DNA from: Tubiluchus corallicola
Taxonomy: Eukaryota > Animalia > Priapulida
Length of the DNA: 64,000 bases
NCBI GenBank assembly: GCA_030141605.1
Contig: JAQGDQ010000025.1
Location: 788,907-852,906, forward strand
Direction of reading: 5' to 3'
Shown: positions 27,301 through 40,100 of the stretch, piece after piece
Position numbering within the stretch: the stretch's first letter is position 1
Layout of the letters: every line of letters starts with the position of its first letter
The notes under the pieces: generated by a model
The model's database searches: none
Told to the model about the DNA's origin: nothing
What the model saw: only the letters and a program-made list of their open reading frames with translations
Program-made: the position numbers and the translations under genes

Positions 27301-30300
27301 TGATATATTATGCAATGCTGAGAAATATTAATTTTTAGTCATCTTCTGTTGTTTATAAATGTTCTAGGACCTTACCCGAATCTCTGCATTGGATGATCAC
27401 TCATGGCAAAGAAAAGGAATGTGAGGAACTTTTAAAAAAAGCAGCAAGACTGAACAATGTCTCCACAACATCTTCATCAATTATCATAACCAAGCCGTCC
27501 GATGACTCTTGTTGCAATGTGAAGAAAAAGACTCTGGTAGATGTATTTCGGACTCCAAATCTCAGATTTCATGCATTATTAGTTAGCTTGACTTGGTAAC
27601 GACCCCTTATATTTTGCTTTTGTGATCTTAAAATGTATTAGTTATTACATGAATATGGAGGTGTTTAATGGTGTGTTCACACTAGCCACTTTCTATCTGA
27701 TATCAGACTCGCAAGTGTGAACAACTTTGCGAGTTACTGTCGACATGAAATTGCAAACTGTCCCATAGTTGCTGCTAGTTGAACTACTGTTTGTATATAT
27801 TTTGTATACATTTATTTATTATAATTTAACAATTAATAAATGACAATTTAATAAAATCTGATAATTAAAGATTATCTGGTATGTTGTTCACATGGAAATT
27901 TGTTTTCTATTATCACACACTTTCAAAATTTTCTCTAAACTGTTCTACTATAGATTCTAGTTTTCAGTATTTTGATTTTTAGTAATTGAATGATAATTAG
28001 TATGATTGAGATGCATCTAAAGAATTATTGCATTCGTTGAAGCTATTTGTTTGGCTTTCACAATTGCAGGGTGAAATGTTGCCATCTGAATCTAGATCGT
28101 TACATGCCAGCTTAAGTGGCATTAATGTTCTTTATCTTTTGTTCACTGTCGATAATCTGATTACTCATGAATCTGTGATTCAGATTAGGTTGATTTTAAG
28201 GGAGTGACATTGTTGCATGCAGTAGAATTGGTGAGAGTCGAGAGTTCTGTTAAGATATTGCAAGTGTGAGATATTTTTAGGCTAGTGATTACTGCATACT
28301 GTATTCTTGATATTTTGGAGAAAGTTCCAGTCTTGCCACAACCATTCAATTTGAGTAGGCCTCTTCTTTGAATGCTGTATTCTGGCTTGCAGTGTGCCAA
28401 ATTATATAAGAAAACAAATTATTATATATAAATATTTATTAATTATATGCAAATTATATATGCTAAATTATATAATTATACATTTTTATATGTTTAAAAT
28501 GACTTTTCAATAAGTTTTTGAATAGTGTGTTTTGTGGAGAATTTTTTAGCATTCTTGCACTTTATTAATTTGATAAGCTGCTGACCTGTTTTAGGGCAAT
28601 CAATGGCATGGTGTATTATGGACTCTCGTTGGGAACTTACACTCTTGCGGGCAATAGACATCTGAATTTCTTTCTGTCTGGCCTGGTGGAAATTCCTGCC
28701 TATCTTGCTTGCGTGGTTTTTCTGAAAAGGTATTGAATTGGATGGAACTAAATATTACATTATTGCTACAGATTACAATTTTGTCAAAATATGTTTTAGA
28801 GGAATTATATTGCCTAGAATAATTTATTAATCCAAATCCATCTTGCTGGCTGATTGGTGATGCGTTAATGTTGCTACTGTTGGTTTTCACTTGTATTTTG
28901 TTTAATTATCATTGCTTGGGGGCTACTATTAATCATAGTTTTCCAAATTTGCCTGAACAACTGGGCAAATCCATCTGTTTATTATTTCATGCTGTGGAGG
29001 AGTGGAAGTTCCAGGCAGTTAGATAGGGGTTCATGTGGGTTGGGGGTTCTGAGAGGGTGTTGCACTTTTACTGTTAATTGATTTATTCTCTGCCTTTTAA
29101 ATCAAAAATGAAATGTGCATAAGGTTCTTTTTAGTAGGTTACTCATTTTTGTCCACTGATTCATAAAGAGGACAACTTTATATATTCTTACTTTCTTGAC
29201 AGCGAAGAAATGACAAAACTACATTCTCTCTTAAACATCAGCATTAAATACGGACTCCCATTTTCCTATAACTACTCTAATAAATTTCAACTTCAGAAAT
29301 ATTTGGATTATTAGACTGTAGAAGACTAGGGTAAAATAAAAATGAGATGGTAATGTTGTATACGTATCGAAACTCATGTTTGGTGCTGAGGTGGGCCATG
29401 GAAAAATGTGGTTGGGTTCAATGGGAAACAGAGATGGGGATGGAAAAATGGGCTGCAAGTGCATTTTGAAACGTTCACAGATGTGCCGTCTAATTAATAG
29501 TATAGGTTTTAGCTTATATTTTGCAGTTAGCAGTAGCAGACTGATGGATAGAGTCTTGATATAGAGTCAAACAAATAAGTAACATAGCTGAACACATCTT
29601 TGAATATAAGCAATAAATACTATTATTAAGTAGCTGTTTTAATTTTTTGAATTATCTATATTTGACTTATATGCCATTATGCTTGATAGACCACAGAAAC
29701 TTTAGCTTAAATAGGTTAAAAAGACTGAGGTTCTATTTTTATTGATTTCTGAACGATATTACATTTTTGTTTTCAGGTTTGGGAGGAAAAAGCCAACATG
29801 TGTTTTTCACATCCTTGCTGGTGTGCCATTGATTGCTATAGCTTTTATGACAGCTAATACAGGTAAGTTCAATGTTTTTTTTCAGGACAGTTTGTATTTT
29901 GATAAGTTTGTCTTTGCTAGTCTAAATAAACTAGGCTGTAATCAATCTAATGCCAGCTGTAATATGTTTCACTTGCAAAAATAAAATGCTGTGCACGAGT
30001 TCAAATATTAACTGCTTTATTGTCATCGAAAAATAACTATCGGAGGAAAACCTTGTACAGTATAATCCGCTTGTAACGAGTTTCAAGGGACCGTCAAGAT
30101 TTGCTCGCTATAACCGAGTCTCGTTATGGCCGACATCAATTATCTGAGCATATATTCTATATAGAAATGAAGCCTATAAGGCTGATATGTTGTTAAAAAT
30201 GACAGAGCACTTTCTTTTGAGAACTGGCGCAAATTTCTACACAAGTTCCACAGTTCAGCAAATGTTTTACCATAAAAGAGTAAACTTATAATGTTTAAAC

Positions 30301-33300
30301 ATCATTATTTCTATTATTAAGGCAGTATATTGTGCAATACATTCTTGTTTAAAACCGCTGCGGAGTTGCTTTGATTGCGACGTCTGCTGACAATCAAGTG
30401 TATTTTGTGTAAGTGTTGCACACAAGACCCTGGATGTCTGTGTGGGTGGAAAACACGACTGGCTTTTATTTATTTTACTGTGCAGGTATAATTATTGAGC
30501 ATTTCAGCATGGCCTTAACAACTAAATGTACACTCTGGTTAGCCTACGAGCCATTTAATGTAAAATTACTGCATCTGTTTAAAACATACACAGTAAACTT
30601 ATGGTATTCAAACTCTGTTATTTCTAGGATTAAGTCAATATTTTATGCAATAAATCCCTACATAAAATCGCCATGTGAGTTGTTTTTCTAAATTATCACT
30701 GCAGTGGTTTTCTTGTTTGCTGATACCTAAGCGTGTTTTACGTAGGTTTAACAATATAAGCATTTACCTGCCTGCCCGAGATCCTGGATGCTTATGTGGG
30801 TAGAAAATGACTAGTTTTTATCAGTTTAAACTTAGCCTGCATACGAACATCTCTGTTTTTATTTGAATAGCTGTGCAATTGCAATGTGATTTACAATTAT
30901 GAGCATTTTAGCCTGACCGAACTTGGGTAATAAAAAACCTGCAATCTGGCTAGCCTATTTGTTACGTAATGGAGAATCGAGGTATTTATATAACGTCTGC
31001 ATGTGTTGTACTTGATACACATTGTTTCATGCGTGATCAATAAATTAATCTCCACCCTGTCTGTTGGCCTTTTGTTCTTGGTGAATGGTGCCTATTCAAT
31101 TTTATCCGTTGTTTTAGAACTTGCGCTGGTTATATGCAGGGTAAATATGATCACGGGGCTGGAAAATTTCCTCGCAATAAGCAACATCTTGTTTGTACTA
31201 TTAGAGCTCGCTGTAAGCAAGGTTTAAGCCTAAGATTTGACGGGACTTTGAAATTTGCTTGTAATAACCAGAGGCTCATTATATCAGGCCTCTTTATTAG
31301 TGGATTATAGTGTAGTAGCTTTTTACTTTTTTTTGTATAATTTTTTAAGCAAAATTATTTGTTTACATGCTGTACGAATTTGTGCTTTTAGGTGATTAGT
31401 AGTAATTACTTGGCATATGATTAATTTCACAATTTTGGTGATTGTATGCATTAAAATATCAAGAGTTTCGCATTGAAATGCTTATCAATAGTAAAAGTTG
31501 CAGTTAGAGCTACATAAAATATGTGTATGTCCAGATTGTTTAATGAAAACCAATGAATAGTTGAAAATTTGTACATGACTGTATCAACTTTTATTCTATT
31601 AATAGTTATAAGACTATGTATGTCTGTTAGTTATAAGACTATGTCTGTTAAAAAAGTTCTTGTTAAACACTAGCAATTTCTGCCTTCTGTTAATTAGAGC
31701 CAGATAGAGAAGTCATATCCTAAATATCTCGCATTTTGCAGCTTCTGGGGCAGATCTCTCGCTGTGCATCACTGCTTTGACTATGGTTGGTAAATTTGCT
31801 ATAACAGCTTCATTCAGTGCAATTTATCTCATGGCATCAGAAGTGTATCCTACTGTTGTCAGGTAAGTTAAACATGTTCAACGAGATTTTGTGCACATTT
31901 CCATTTTTCTTGTATTCTATAATAAGAATTTGCACAAAATTAGCTGTTAATAATTATTTGAAGAGTGTAGTTTCTGAAAAGCTTATCGTATTTTCACATC
32001 ATTGGGTCTGCTGAAAGTTTGAAAGTTACTTAATATTAACTCGTATTAAAGTGGTTTTCTTTTATCGCTAAATCAGTTTATTGATTTCATTCAAGTGGAT
32101 TGGATTAGTTTATGACACTTCTTAGTAAGTAAGTAAGTAATTTTTTTATTTTTCTCCATAAATTTACATTAATTTAACAATAAAATATACAAAAATACAA
32201 ATGAACATGGGAGAAAGGGTGGCGAAAAACTAAAGGTTAGCGAGTCAACCACCCTTCTCAGAAAGACAAGTAAACAAAAAGATGCCAATGATAGCAGAAC
32301 ACAACTATTAAAAAATACATAAACGTCCATAAATACAAAAAACAAAAATACAACTGCAAAAAACAAAAACCACTCGTTCCTAAATATAGTCAAACATTAA
32401 ACATAATTATGTATGGTCCAAAACACAAAAGAGAAAAGAGAATATTTTAATGTTCAGAAAAACAACATTTGCAAGATAAAATTTAACTTGAATCATGGTT
32501 ATCAGATATGCATAGCTAAACATTGTGAGATGAAATTTAAATCAGTAACTTTAAGAGAAATAATAGTTATCAACTGTTTGTTTTATGGATGTTATAACAT
32601 ATATCTATAAAGAGACTATAAAGGGATATGAATAGCAAAAAGAAGTAAAGGGTAAAAAAGCAAGATATATTGCCCTGACAATTGCAATACATTAATCAAA
32701 ATTTTTTGAATTTGAAAAATAACAAATTTATTGTCTAGATTTAATTATCATAACAGCAGCACAATCTTAGCTAGTGAGATTTGCTGTTAAAAGAAGTGAC
32801 TCTTGTTATGAAAATAATTTTTTAGTAATCGTACAAATGATTTGATGTAATTTCAGAAATGCTGGCCTTGGATTGTCATGTCTCAGTGCAAGAATTGGCT
32901 CCGTAGTTGCACCATATACTATATACCTGGTAAATTATTACTGAAGTTAGTCATTCTGTCATAATCTTTTGATTCTTCTCCTGCTTAAGATGCTTAAAAT
33001 ATTTTTTGTGTTCGGGGAACTAATTGTTGTTTTTTGCAGCGTGATGTTTCGCCAATTCTGCAGTCCATCATATTCGCAGGGGTGTCATTTATCGCTGCTG
33101 GCGTCATCATGGTACTTCCTGAAACGGCTAACCGGAATCTCCCGGAAACTCTGGACGATGCCAGTGGCCAGGCAAGTGAAGACAAAAAATCTACATTGTC
33201 TGCATGTTCTGACGACAATGGCAAATCTGACATTGAAAAAATTGCCATGTGCAATGGGAATGTGAAAACGTCAGTTGGAGAAAGTGCGCCATTTTTGAGT

Positions 33301-33363
33301 GGAGATCAGAAATCTCGTGAAGACTGTTACTTGGCAAATAATGGTTACATCGCACAAATTTAA
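21393..33363 (+). CDS. SLC22 family organic ion transporter (MFS), ~569 aa
   Basis: Exons 21393-21707, 23064-23294, 24375-24571, 27368-27595, 28595-28729, 29777-29862, 31742-31862, 32857-32929, 33040-33363; all GT-AG with consistent phases (1710 nt). Motifs: LGPYGYFQ, Cys-rich extracellular loop ending SIVVEWNLVC, LSDIFGRK, EYFPTKQRA, LPESLHW, VFRTPNLR, MVYYGLS, SGLVEIPAY, RFGRK, VGKFAI, ASEVYPTVVRNAGLG, ARIGSVVAPY, LPET. Specific orthologue not assignable. Confidence 0.93.
30058..31312. mobile_element. Degenerate pogo/Tigger-like (Tc1/mariner) non-autonomous element in an SLC22 intron
   Basis: TA flanks both ends. Left end cagtataatccgcttgtaacgag vs reverse complement of right end cactataatccactaataaagag (18/23). 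Subterminal gggac..tt(g)ctcg.tataa motifs and an internal duplicated segment (~30420-30550 vs ~30775-30955). Confidence 0.65.
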
Positions 33364-33713
33364 ATCATATATTTTTGGCCTAGGATTAGTTTTTGATCCA
33401 TGTATGTTCTAGTTTGCACAAGCTAGGTAACTGTTGTTACCTTTGTCACTGCTTTTTGTTTTTTTTATCTTTATATATCATAAGCATACCATTTGAGGAA
33501 AACTTTTTAGTCTTTCATTCATTTTTTGCACATTTTCTAGTCTTAGTGCAAGCCCATGTAACATTGCTATCATTGCCAGTCTCTGAATAAATGCTAGTCT
33601 GCACTTTTGCCATATTTGTAGTGGATTGTCCATGACAAAATAATTTGCTAATTTAAGTCTTGCATTAGTTTACAAATGACTGTCTGGTTATGATCTGCTG
33701 ATTTGCTTTAAAA

Positions 33714-36100
33714 CAGTGGTTCCCAACCTTTTCCTTGCCAAATACCCCTTCTAAATGTGGCAATCTTCAGCGTACCCCCACCTGATATTTTTCAACAAAT
33801 CGTTTGAAAAACCAGTTTCCAGAAAACAACGATTAATATTATCGACATTTTTTTATTTTAGCTTTTTTTTGAAAGCATGAATTTTATCACTGATTATTAA
33901 GAAATACGAACTTTCTCGAATATGAAAACATCAATACAAGGAAACGCGATCTTCACAGCAGTCATAATTAATGCGCACGCTGTTCTTGATGATTATCAAC
34001 AAGTTTTTTGATATCAGGTTTAATTGTTGATATTGCGACTCGCATGTCGCTCCTCAAATCCAAACGGTTTCTTGCCTTCGTCTTCAAATGTAGCATTGCA
34101 CTGAAGCCTAGCTCACATTTGTATGTTGTCACAAATGGAACCAACACCTCGAAAGCCACAATTTTCAGCCCATTGAAGTCTGCACCTAGCTGTGTCCAGA
34201 ACTTCTCTAGTGACATGGTCTTGAACTTCATCTTCTCAACTTCACATGCTTGCAATTCAGTCAGAAGTTCTTTGCTCGCATCGTCATCTGGCAGTTCATC
34301 AACGTCAAAAGCAAAAGGATGACGAATCCACTTTTTTGGCCGATCTTGAGCAGAGAAATATTTGTCAAAAGATTCTTGAAGAACTTTCAAATGGGCTCCA
34401 ATGTCAGCTTCTAATGCGTTTGGGAGTTCGCCTTGTGTTGTAACAAGTTCTTCTAAAGTTGGGAAGTTCGTTAGTACGCCGCTCTCAACTCGTCGAATCC
34501 AAATTGGAAGCTTCTTCAAGAAAGCTGATAATTTTTCGTGAGCCCCGACAATGTTCATGTTGTTTCCTTGAATTGAAATATTCAACTCATTCAAGACAGA
34601 AAAAATGTCCCCCAAATAGGTAAGCTTCAGAATGAAGTTCATGTCTTCAAAGAGGTCAGCCAAGTCGTCCATCTGCATTTCTCGAAAGAAAGTTTGCATT
34701 TCCAAGTGTAGATCCACAACCCTGGTCAAAACCCTGCCTCGAGAAAGCCACCGGACTTCTGTATGCTACAGCAGTACATCATGTTCAGCCCCAACTTCTT
34801 GGCAAAACGATTTGAACAAACGATGATTTTTCGCTTTTGCCCTGATCTGGTTCACAGATTTGACGCACAAATTCATTGCTTCTTTCAATGAAGGAGTGAG
34901 AGTCTTAACCGCAAGGGCATGGCGATGTAAAGTGCAATGGTACACCTGGACATGAGGAGCTCGTCGTTTCACTAACTCTGCAAATCCACTCTTATTGTAG
35001 AGCATCACAGGTGCCCCATCCGTAAAAATAGAGCCCAAAATGTTGAATGAAATGTTGTACCGTTGCATGAAGTTTTCGGCGATGTCCATGATGTCGATGG
35101 CTTTACATGTGGTTTTAAGCTCCTCACAGAAAAAACTCTTCTCGGATTTCATCACTCTTAACGTAGCGAACAAATGCTATTAACTGGCTGCAATTTGCAA
35201 TGTCTGTACTCTCATCCAATTGAAGACTAAAGTTGGCAGGGCTGTTCTTCAGATCGTCGATTGTGTGGGTCAGAATTGCCGTACTGAGCTCATCAATTTG
35301 TTGCTTCATGATATTGTTTGACAGTGGACTATCACTAATCTTCTTCGCTGACTTTTCATCCAAAACAGACCTCGCCATTACAACAGTGCACTGCTTAATA
35401 AGGCTCTCTGCAATAGTATGTGGCTTCTTGTTTTTTGCAATGCGATATGCAACTTCATATGAGGCCTGCAGAAGTGGCTTGCGAGTGGGAATGAAGCCCT
35501 GTACTGGCAAGGTGGCTGCAGTATCAAATCTTGCTCGTTTCGCTTTCATCTCTTCTAACTTACTGACATCAGCAGGTCTCGCATCTTCTCCGTCATGGGA
35601 CTTCAGGTGACGAAGTAGCAACGCTGGTTTCAGTGACCCATTCGAAAGAACTTTCATGCAGCTCATACATTGCGCTTGATCGCTGCCAAAGCTTGTTACG
35701 CTGTACAAAATGTATTCATCTTTCCACTGCTTTTTCTTGGACATGGCGTGTAACTTCTCACTTGAAACAAAACTGTGAAGAAAATGTGATACAATAGATT
35801 TCCTTACAATTACATTACTGGTAGGCAGTTATTAAAATGTACAGCACAAAGCGACAAAATATAAGCTTTTCGTGGGCGGGTAAAAGTTTTTTCTAGCACA
35901 CTGCGCAGGAATGATATTGTTTGTGAAATATATTGTGTGACGTAGAAAGAATATCGCGATGCTGCAACTTGGTGTATTTTACCCTTTTCACCGGCTACAG
36001 AAAGAAAAAAATGTGTCGATCTGACACACCTTCTGCGTACCCCTGGCATTGCTGTTGCGTACCCCCAGGGGGTACGCATACCCCCGGTTGGGAACCACTG
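33714..36100 (-). mobile_element. Full-length hAT DNA transposon, Buster/Charlie family
   Basis: Perfect 15-bp TIRs cagtggttcccaacc (33714-33728 / 36086-36100). Identical 8-bp TSD ctttaaaa (33706-33713 and 36101-36108) fits the Buster nnnTAnnn target consensus. Subterminal gcgtacccc repeats at both ends; encodes a transposase on the minus strand. Confidence 0.96.
33968..35744 (-). pseudogene. Buster-type hAT transposase (ZBED5/ZBED8-like), disrupted by one frameshift and one nonsense codon
   Basis: ORFs 35744-35124, 35173-34766 and 34729-33968 join into one protein: BED finger (CMSC..RHLKSH), LQLDESTD, TDGAPVM, HCTLHRH, LL*HTEVRWLSRG, TTYKCELGFS, LKTKARNRL. The frameshift is in a T-run near 35130-35136; the in-frame TAG is at 34766-34768. 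Confidence 0.92.
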
Positions 36101-37173
36101 CTTTAAAACCAGTGGGTGGGTCATTTTTTGTTTTTGATGTCCCAAGTTTATATTGTCATAATTAATTGTCATAGTGAAATACATTTGTAGAAACAGTGCT
36201 CTTAATGGAAAATTTATTTTTAACAACCAAGTTCCGCTTGTGTGTAGCAATTGATTCAGAAGAACGACACTGAATGTCGATAAGATTGTTAAGTGCATTC
36301 CTTGAGTGTGATTGTTAGGTTTGTTGGCTGCAGTAAAAATCCAGCCATTTCTTACAGTGTGAAAAAAGCTGCATGGCTGTGCAAAGTCTGTACTGAGAAT
36401 GTATGGGTAACAATTTGCTTTACTTAATTGACGCAAGTTTTAGCATAATTTTAAATTAACTACTCTGTTGTTATAATGTTGAATTTGTACGTGCACACAT
36501 CTGCTTTGCTAAAGTGTTTAGGCTGTTGTGTAGGCAGGGCAGCCGTTGAGTTTATTGTATACTGCAGTGTCTGTTTAAGTAATGCACATTTTGTTGATGC
36601 AACAATAACGCGTTATAAAAAAGCAATCATATTTTAGAATTACTCATATTACGAAAGGTTCTGAGGTAGGTTAGTTAACTTTACTGTACTTGTTGGTGTT
36701 TTAAGCCCGGTATTATAATAAGGTTTGACTGTTTATGCCTGGTTTTGCTTAGATGGTTTCTATGAAGACAGATGTAAAATAGAATATACGAATATACATA
36801 GTAATTAGTTTGTGGTGGAAATATATTTAGATAAAAGTGATGATATTACACCATTGTTTGAAGTAGCACTATCATATTGCCATTTACAGTTGCTGTTCAT
36901 ATATATTGTTTTGTATCATGCACTTATGCTTAAACTGCCCATACACTGTTTCTTTGCATTAATACGACTACCCAACAAGTGAAGCTTGAATGCATTTAAG
37001 TTGAAGTTTATGCACATTCCAGTATGTTGCTATCATGTAACTACAGTAGTGTGATTGTATTTAATGTGATAATCGTATAATACACATGCGAGTCGCAATC
37101 TTGATTACTGTTGCCATAGTTTTGCATTTATTATTTTCAGTATATACAATTAAATAACGTGGAAAGCACTACA

Positions 37174-40100
37174 TTATAATATAGGCTGGTGGAACACCAC
37201 CTTACCACTTAGGCACCCTGAAATCAATAGATCATGAGTTGGTGAATATCTGACAGATAAAACAGCACCTGAATGTGAGACGTTAGTTCGAACTTCATAT
37301 AAAGGTATAGGCTTTTGCGGCAGTGCATCGCATACTTCATCACATAGTGGACTAAATGCGAGCAATCTCACGCCATATGCGAATGGCGAACACACCAATC
37401 TCCCATCGTGGCTGAAACAGGGGTCTTTGATGTAGCCCCTTGCCACATTTGGCTCCTGTATGTAGTGCGTAAGTCGCGGCAGATTCTGATAGACTTTTTG
37501 GTTGTGAGGTGAAGTTCGACGGTACCGATTAGACGGATTGGGCAGGCTTCTCCTGGGCCTGGCAAGTCTGATAGACGAGATATTATTAGCATTGTCTTGC
37601 AACCCAAAATTTGCATAGATAATTCTACCAACATCAGCCAAATTAGTCACTGAGTTTCCGCTTGGAAAGCGCCACAAATCTAAAAACGTTTCAGAGGACA
37701 TCACAGGTGCTGTAGATCTTGCAGTCATTGTGGAACTAGTCGTAGTATTTGGTTCTCTGGAACCATTGGCTAGACTAGGCACTGCTGATTGTTCATTAGA
37801 TGGCTGTGTAATAACAGAGTGGACAGAGTCTTTATGTTTCACACTTTGTGCACTTTTCTTGGAGGTGATTGCTGTTTGAACATCATATATACATGTATAC
37901 TGAAATAAATCAAAAATAGGGAGTAAATGCGAAAAGTATACTGATTTACATACTGTTGATGATGAAAATGCATTTTTGCTATTAATCCCATTAATGCAAA
38001 GTACAATTAACAAACATTTCAATTTCGTTTACAAAAAATAAAGGTCTAAAAGCAAGTGCAATGGGAATGTGAAAACGTCAGTTGGAGAAAGTGCATCATT
38101 TTTTTAGTGGAGATCAGAAATCTTGTGAAGACTGTTATTTGGCAAATAATGGTTACATTGCACAAATTTAAATCACATATTTTTGGCCTAGGATTAGTTT
38201 TTGATCCATGTATGTTCTAGTTTTTCACAAGCTAGGTAACTCCTGTTACCTTTGTCACTGCTTTTTGTTTTTTTAAGTTTATATATCAAACAGAGCTGTA
38301 AATGGATACAAACAAATTGTCCAAATTTCGAAAAAAATCGTTTGAGAGACTTTCTTGATATTCGTTTTGTCCCATCATGGTATACCTGCTTGCTGTGTAT
38401 TACGGCTACTAACAATAATGGCATAAAATTGGGGAACAAATTGCGTTTTATTATGGGCTATATGTGTGAGTAGTTGAAACAGCAAAATGTACAAAATTAC
38501 AAAACCAGATAATTTAAATGTGCATATATTATGCATTGCAGAAATTTGATTTTGCTAATAAACTATAAAATTTGAAGTTTAAAAAATTTTGCACAGCAGG
38601 CATTTCTGAACTATTGAATTATATAAGAAGAAATTACATTAAATGTAGCAGCCTGAACATGAATTCTTACTTCACTATCGTCATCTCCACTTGTACTTCT
38701 CGTCACAAGGCTCCAGCCTTGCGGATGAACATCCAGAGACGTTATTGTGGCTTCGAGGTCCAAATCAATGCCAGTACCCGGAGGAAAATCACTGATGAAT
38801 TCCACCCTGTTGCGCTCGCCTTCAAATGCATGATTCGAGTCAGCTGGAGTGAACGGATACACAGAAGAACAACCATCTAACTACAAAAATAACCAACCCA
38901 TAGCATCAGCACTGACCACACAATTGTGTGAAGCAACTAAAATTGTCCTATGTGTATGCATTTATGTTGCACATTATTTTGAAACATCAACAGCAAAAGC
39001 GACAGTAATGAAAGCAGCAACAGTAGTAAATACAACAGTTACAGCCGCAGCAGCAATAACAATAACAACAACAGTTGTTCCTAGCTAATTTTTGTGCCAA
39101 ATTTGATTCCGTTGTTTTACATGTAATACATGTAATTTGCTTACAATATCAACTGTACGTAGCAATAAAAAGAAATTAACCATTTGCAACCGTAATCTTT
39201 AAAGTAAAATGCAGACTTACCTGAAAGAATCGGTAACCAAGCGGATCAAATCCATGCAAATCAGTTGAAACATTAGCTATGTCAAGATTATTGATCACCA
39301 TTATATAGCCATGCCTGGTTGACAGAAATAACTGTTTACCATCAGGTGACAGTTTACTTCTCATTAGGCCGGATACTGAAAAAACTGATTTCGGACGTGG
39401 AGTTTCTGTTGTATACCTGAAAGAAAGTAAACAAAGTTTTACTAAGAACCTATTATATGACTGAAAGGTGCCACGCACAATGAATTTTTTATCACTGGTT
39501 CTCAAGGGAGGCACAACAATGATCACTTTTGCAAATTTGAGAACTGACAGAAATGTGCATAAAATATACAGCTTTGCTAAATAATGGATAACCACAATAA
39601 CACAACAGGGTTATTGTGGTGGAAACTTTGCTGTGCACAATGTGATTGACAACGTAAAGTTATTTGCAAAAGAGCAAATATAGTGGTTAGAATTGGTGGA
39701 CGGTTGTAGAGAGTGAGAGGCAGAAGAGTTCAAGTTCGAGTGCAATACAGATTTAAATAGTTCCTGAAATTAAAATGGAGTTGTGTTGGTGTCAGGAAAT
39801 ACGTTTAGCTGAAAACCATTGATAACGTATATAACAAAACAGGAATAATATGTAGAATAAATAAAATAAAAAGCAATTGAGATTTTTGATCGAAAAACTG
39901 AATTTTAAAATTACATTATCGTGCAATTTGGAGGTACAAAATTTACTAGTTGTCCTGCTTCCGTGTGTTTGCTCTCCTGCAGAAGCTGAACGGTTAAAAA
40001 CTATATAACAAATGACCACATGTGACCACCCCACAGATGACACAGGTAACCTTGATTTCATAACTGTAATCTACAACACACAGTAACTGTGCCCTCACTT

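Noticed and set aside
35124-35173. Programmed -1 frameshift plus stop read-through in the transposase
   Set aside because: Joining the ORFs needs a +1/-2 shift, not -1. hAT transposases are not known to use recoding, and a small indel in EEFLFC plus a point nonsense mutation (or sequencing error) is simpler.
35810-36436. 208-aa minus-strand ORF
   Set aside because: It spans the transposon end and flanking DNA, has no ATG start and no recognisable domain; a chance ORF.
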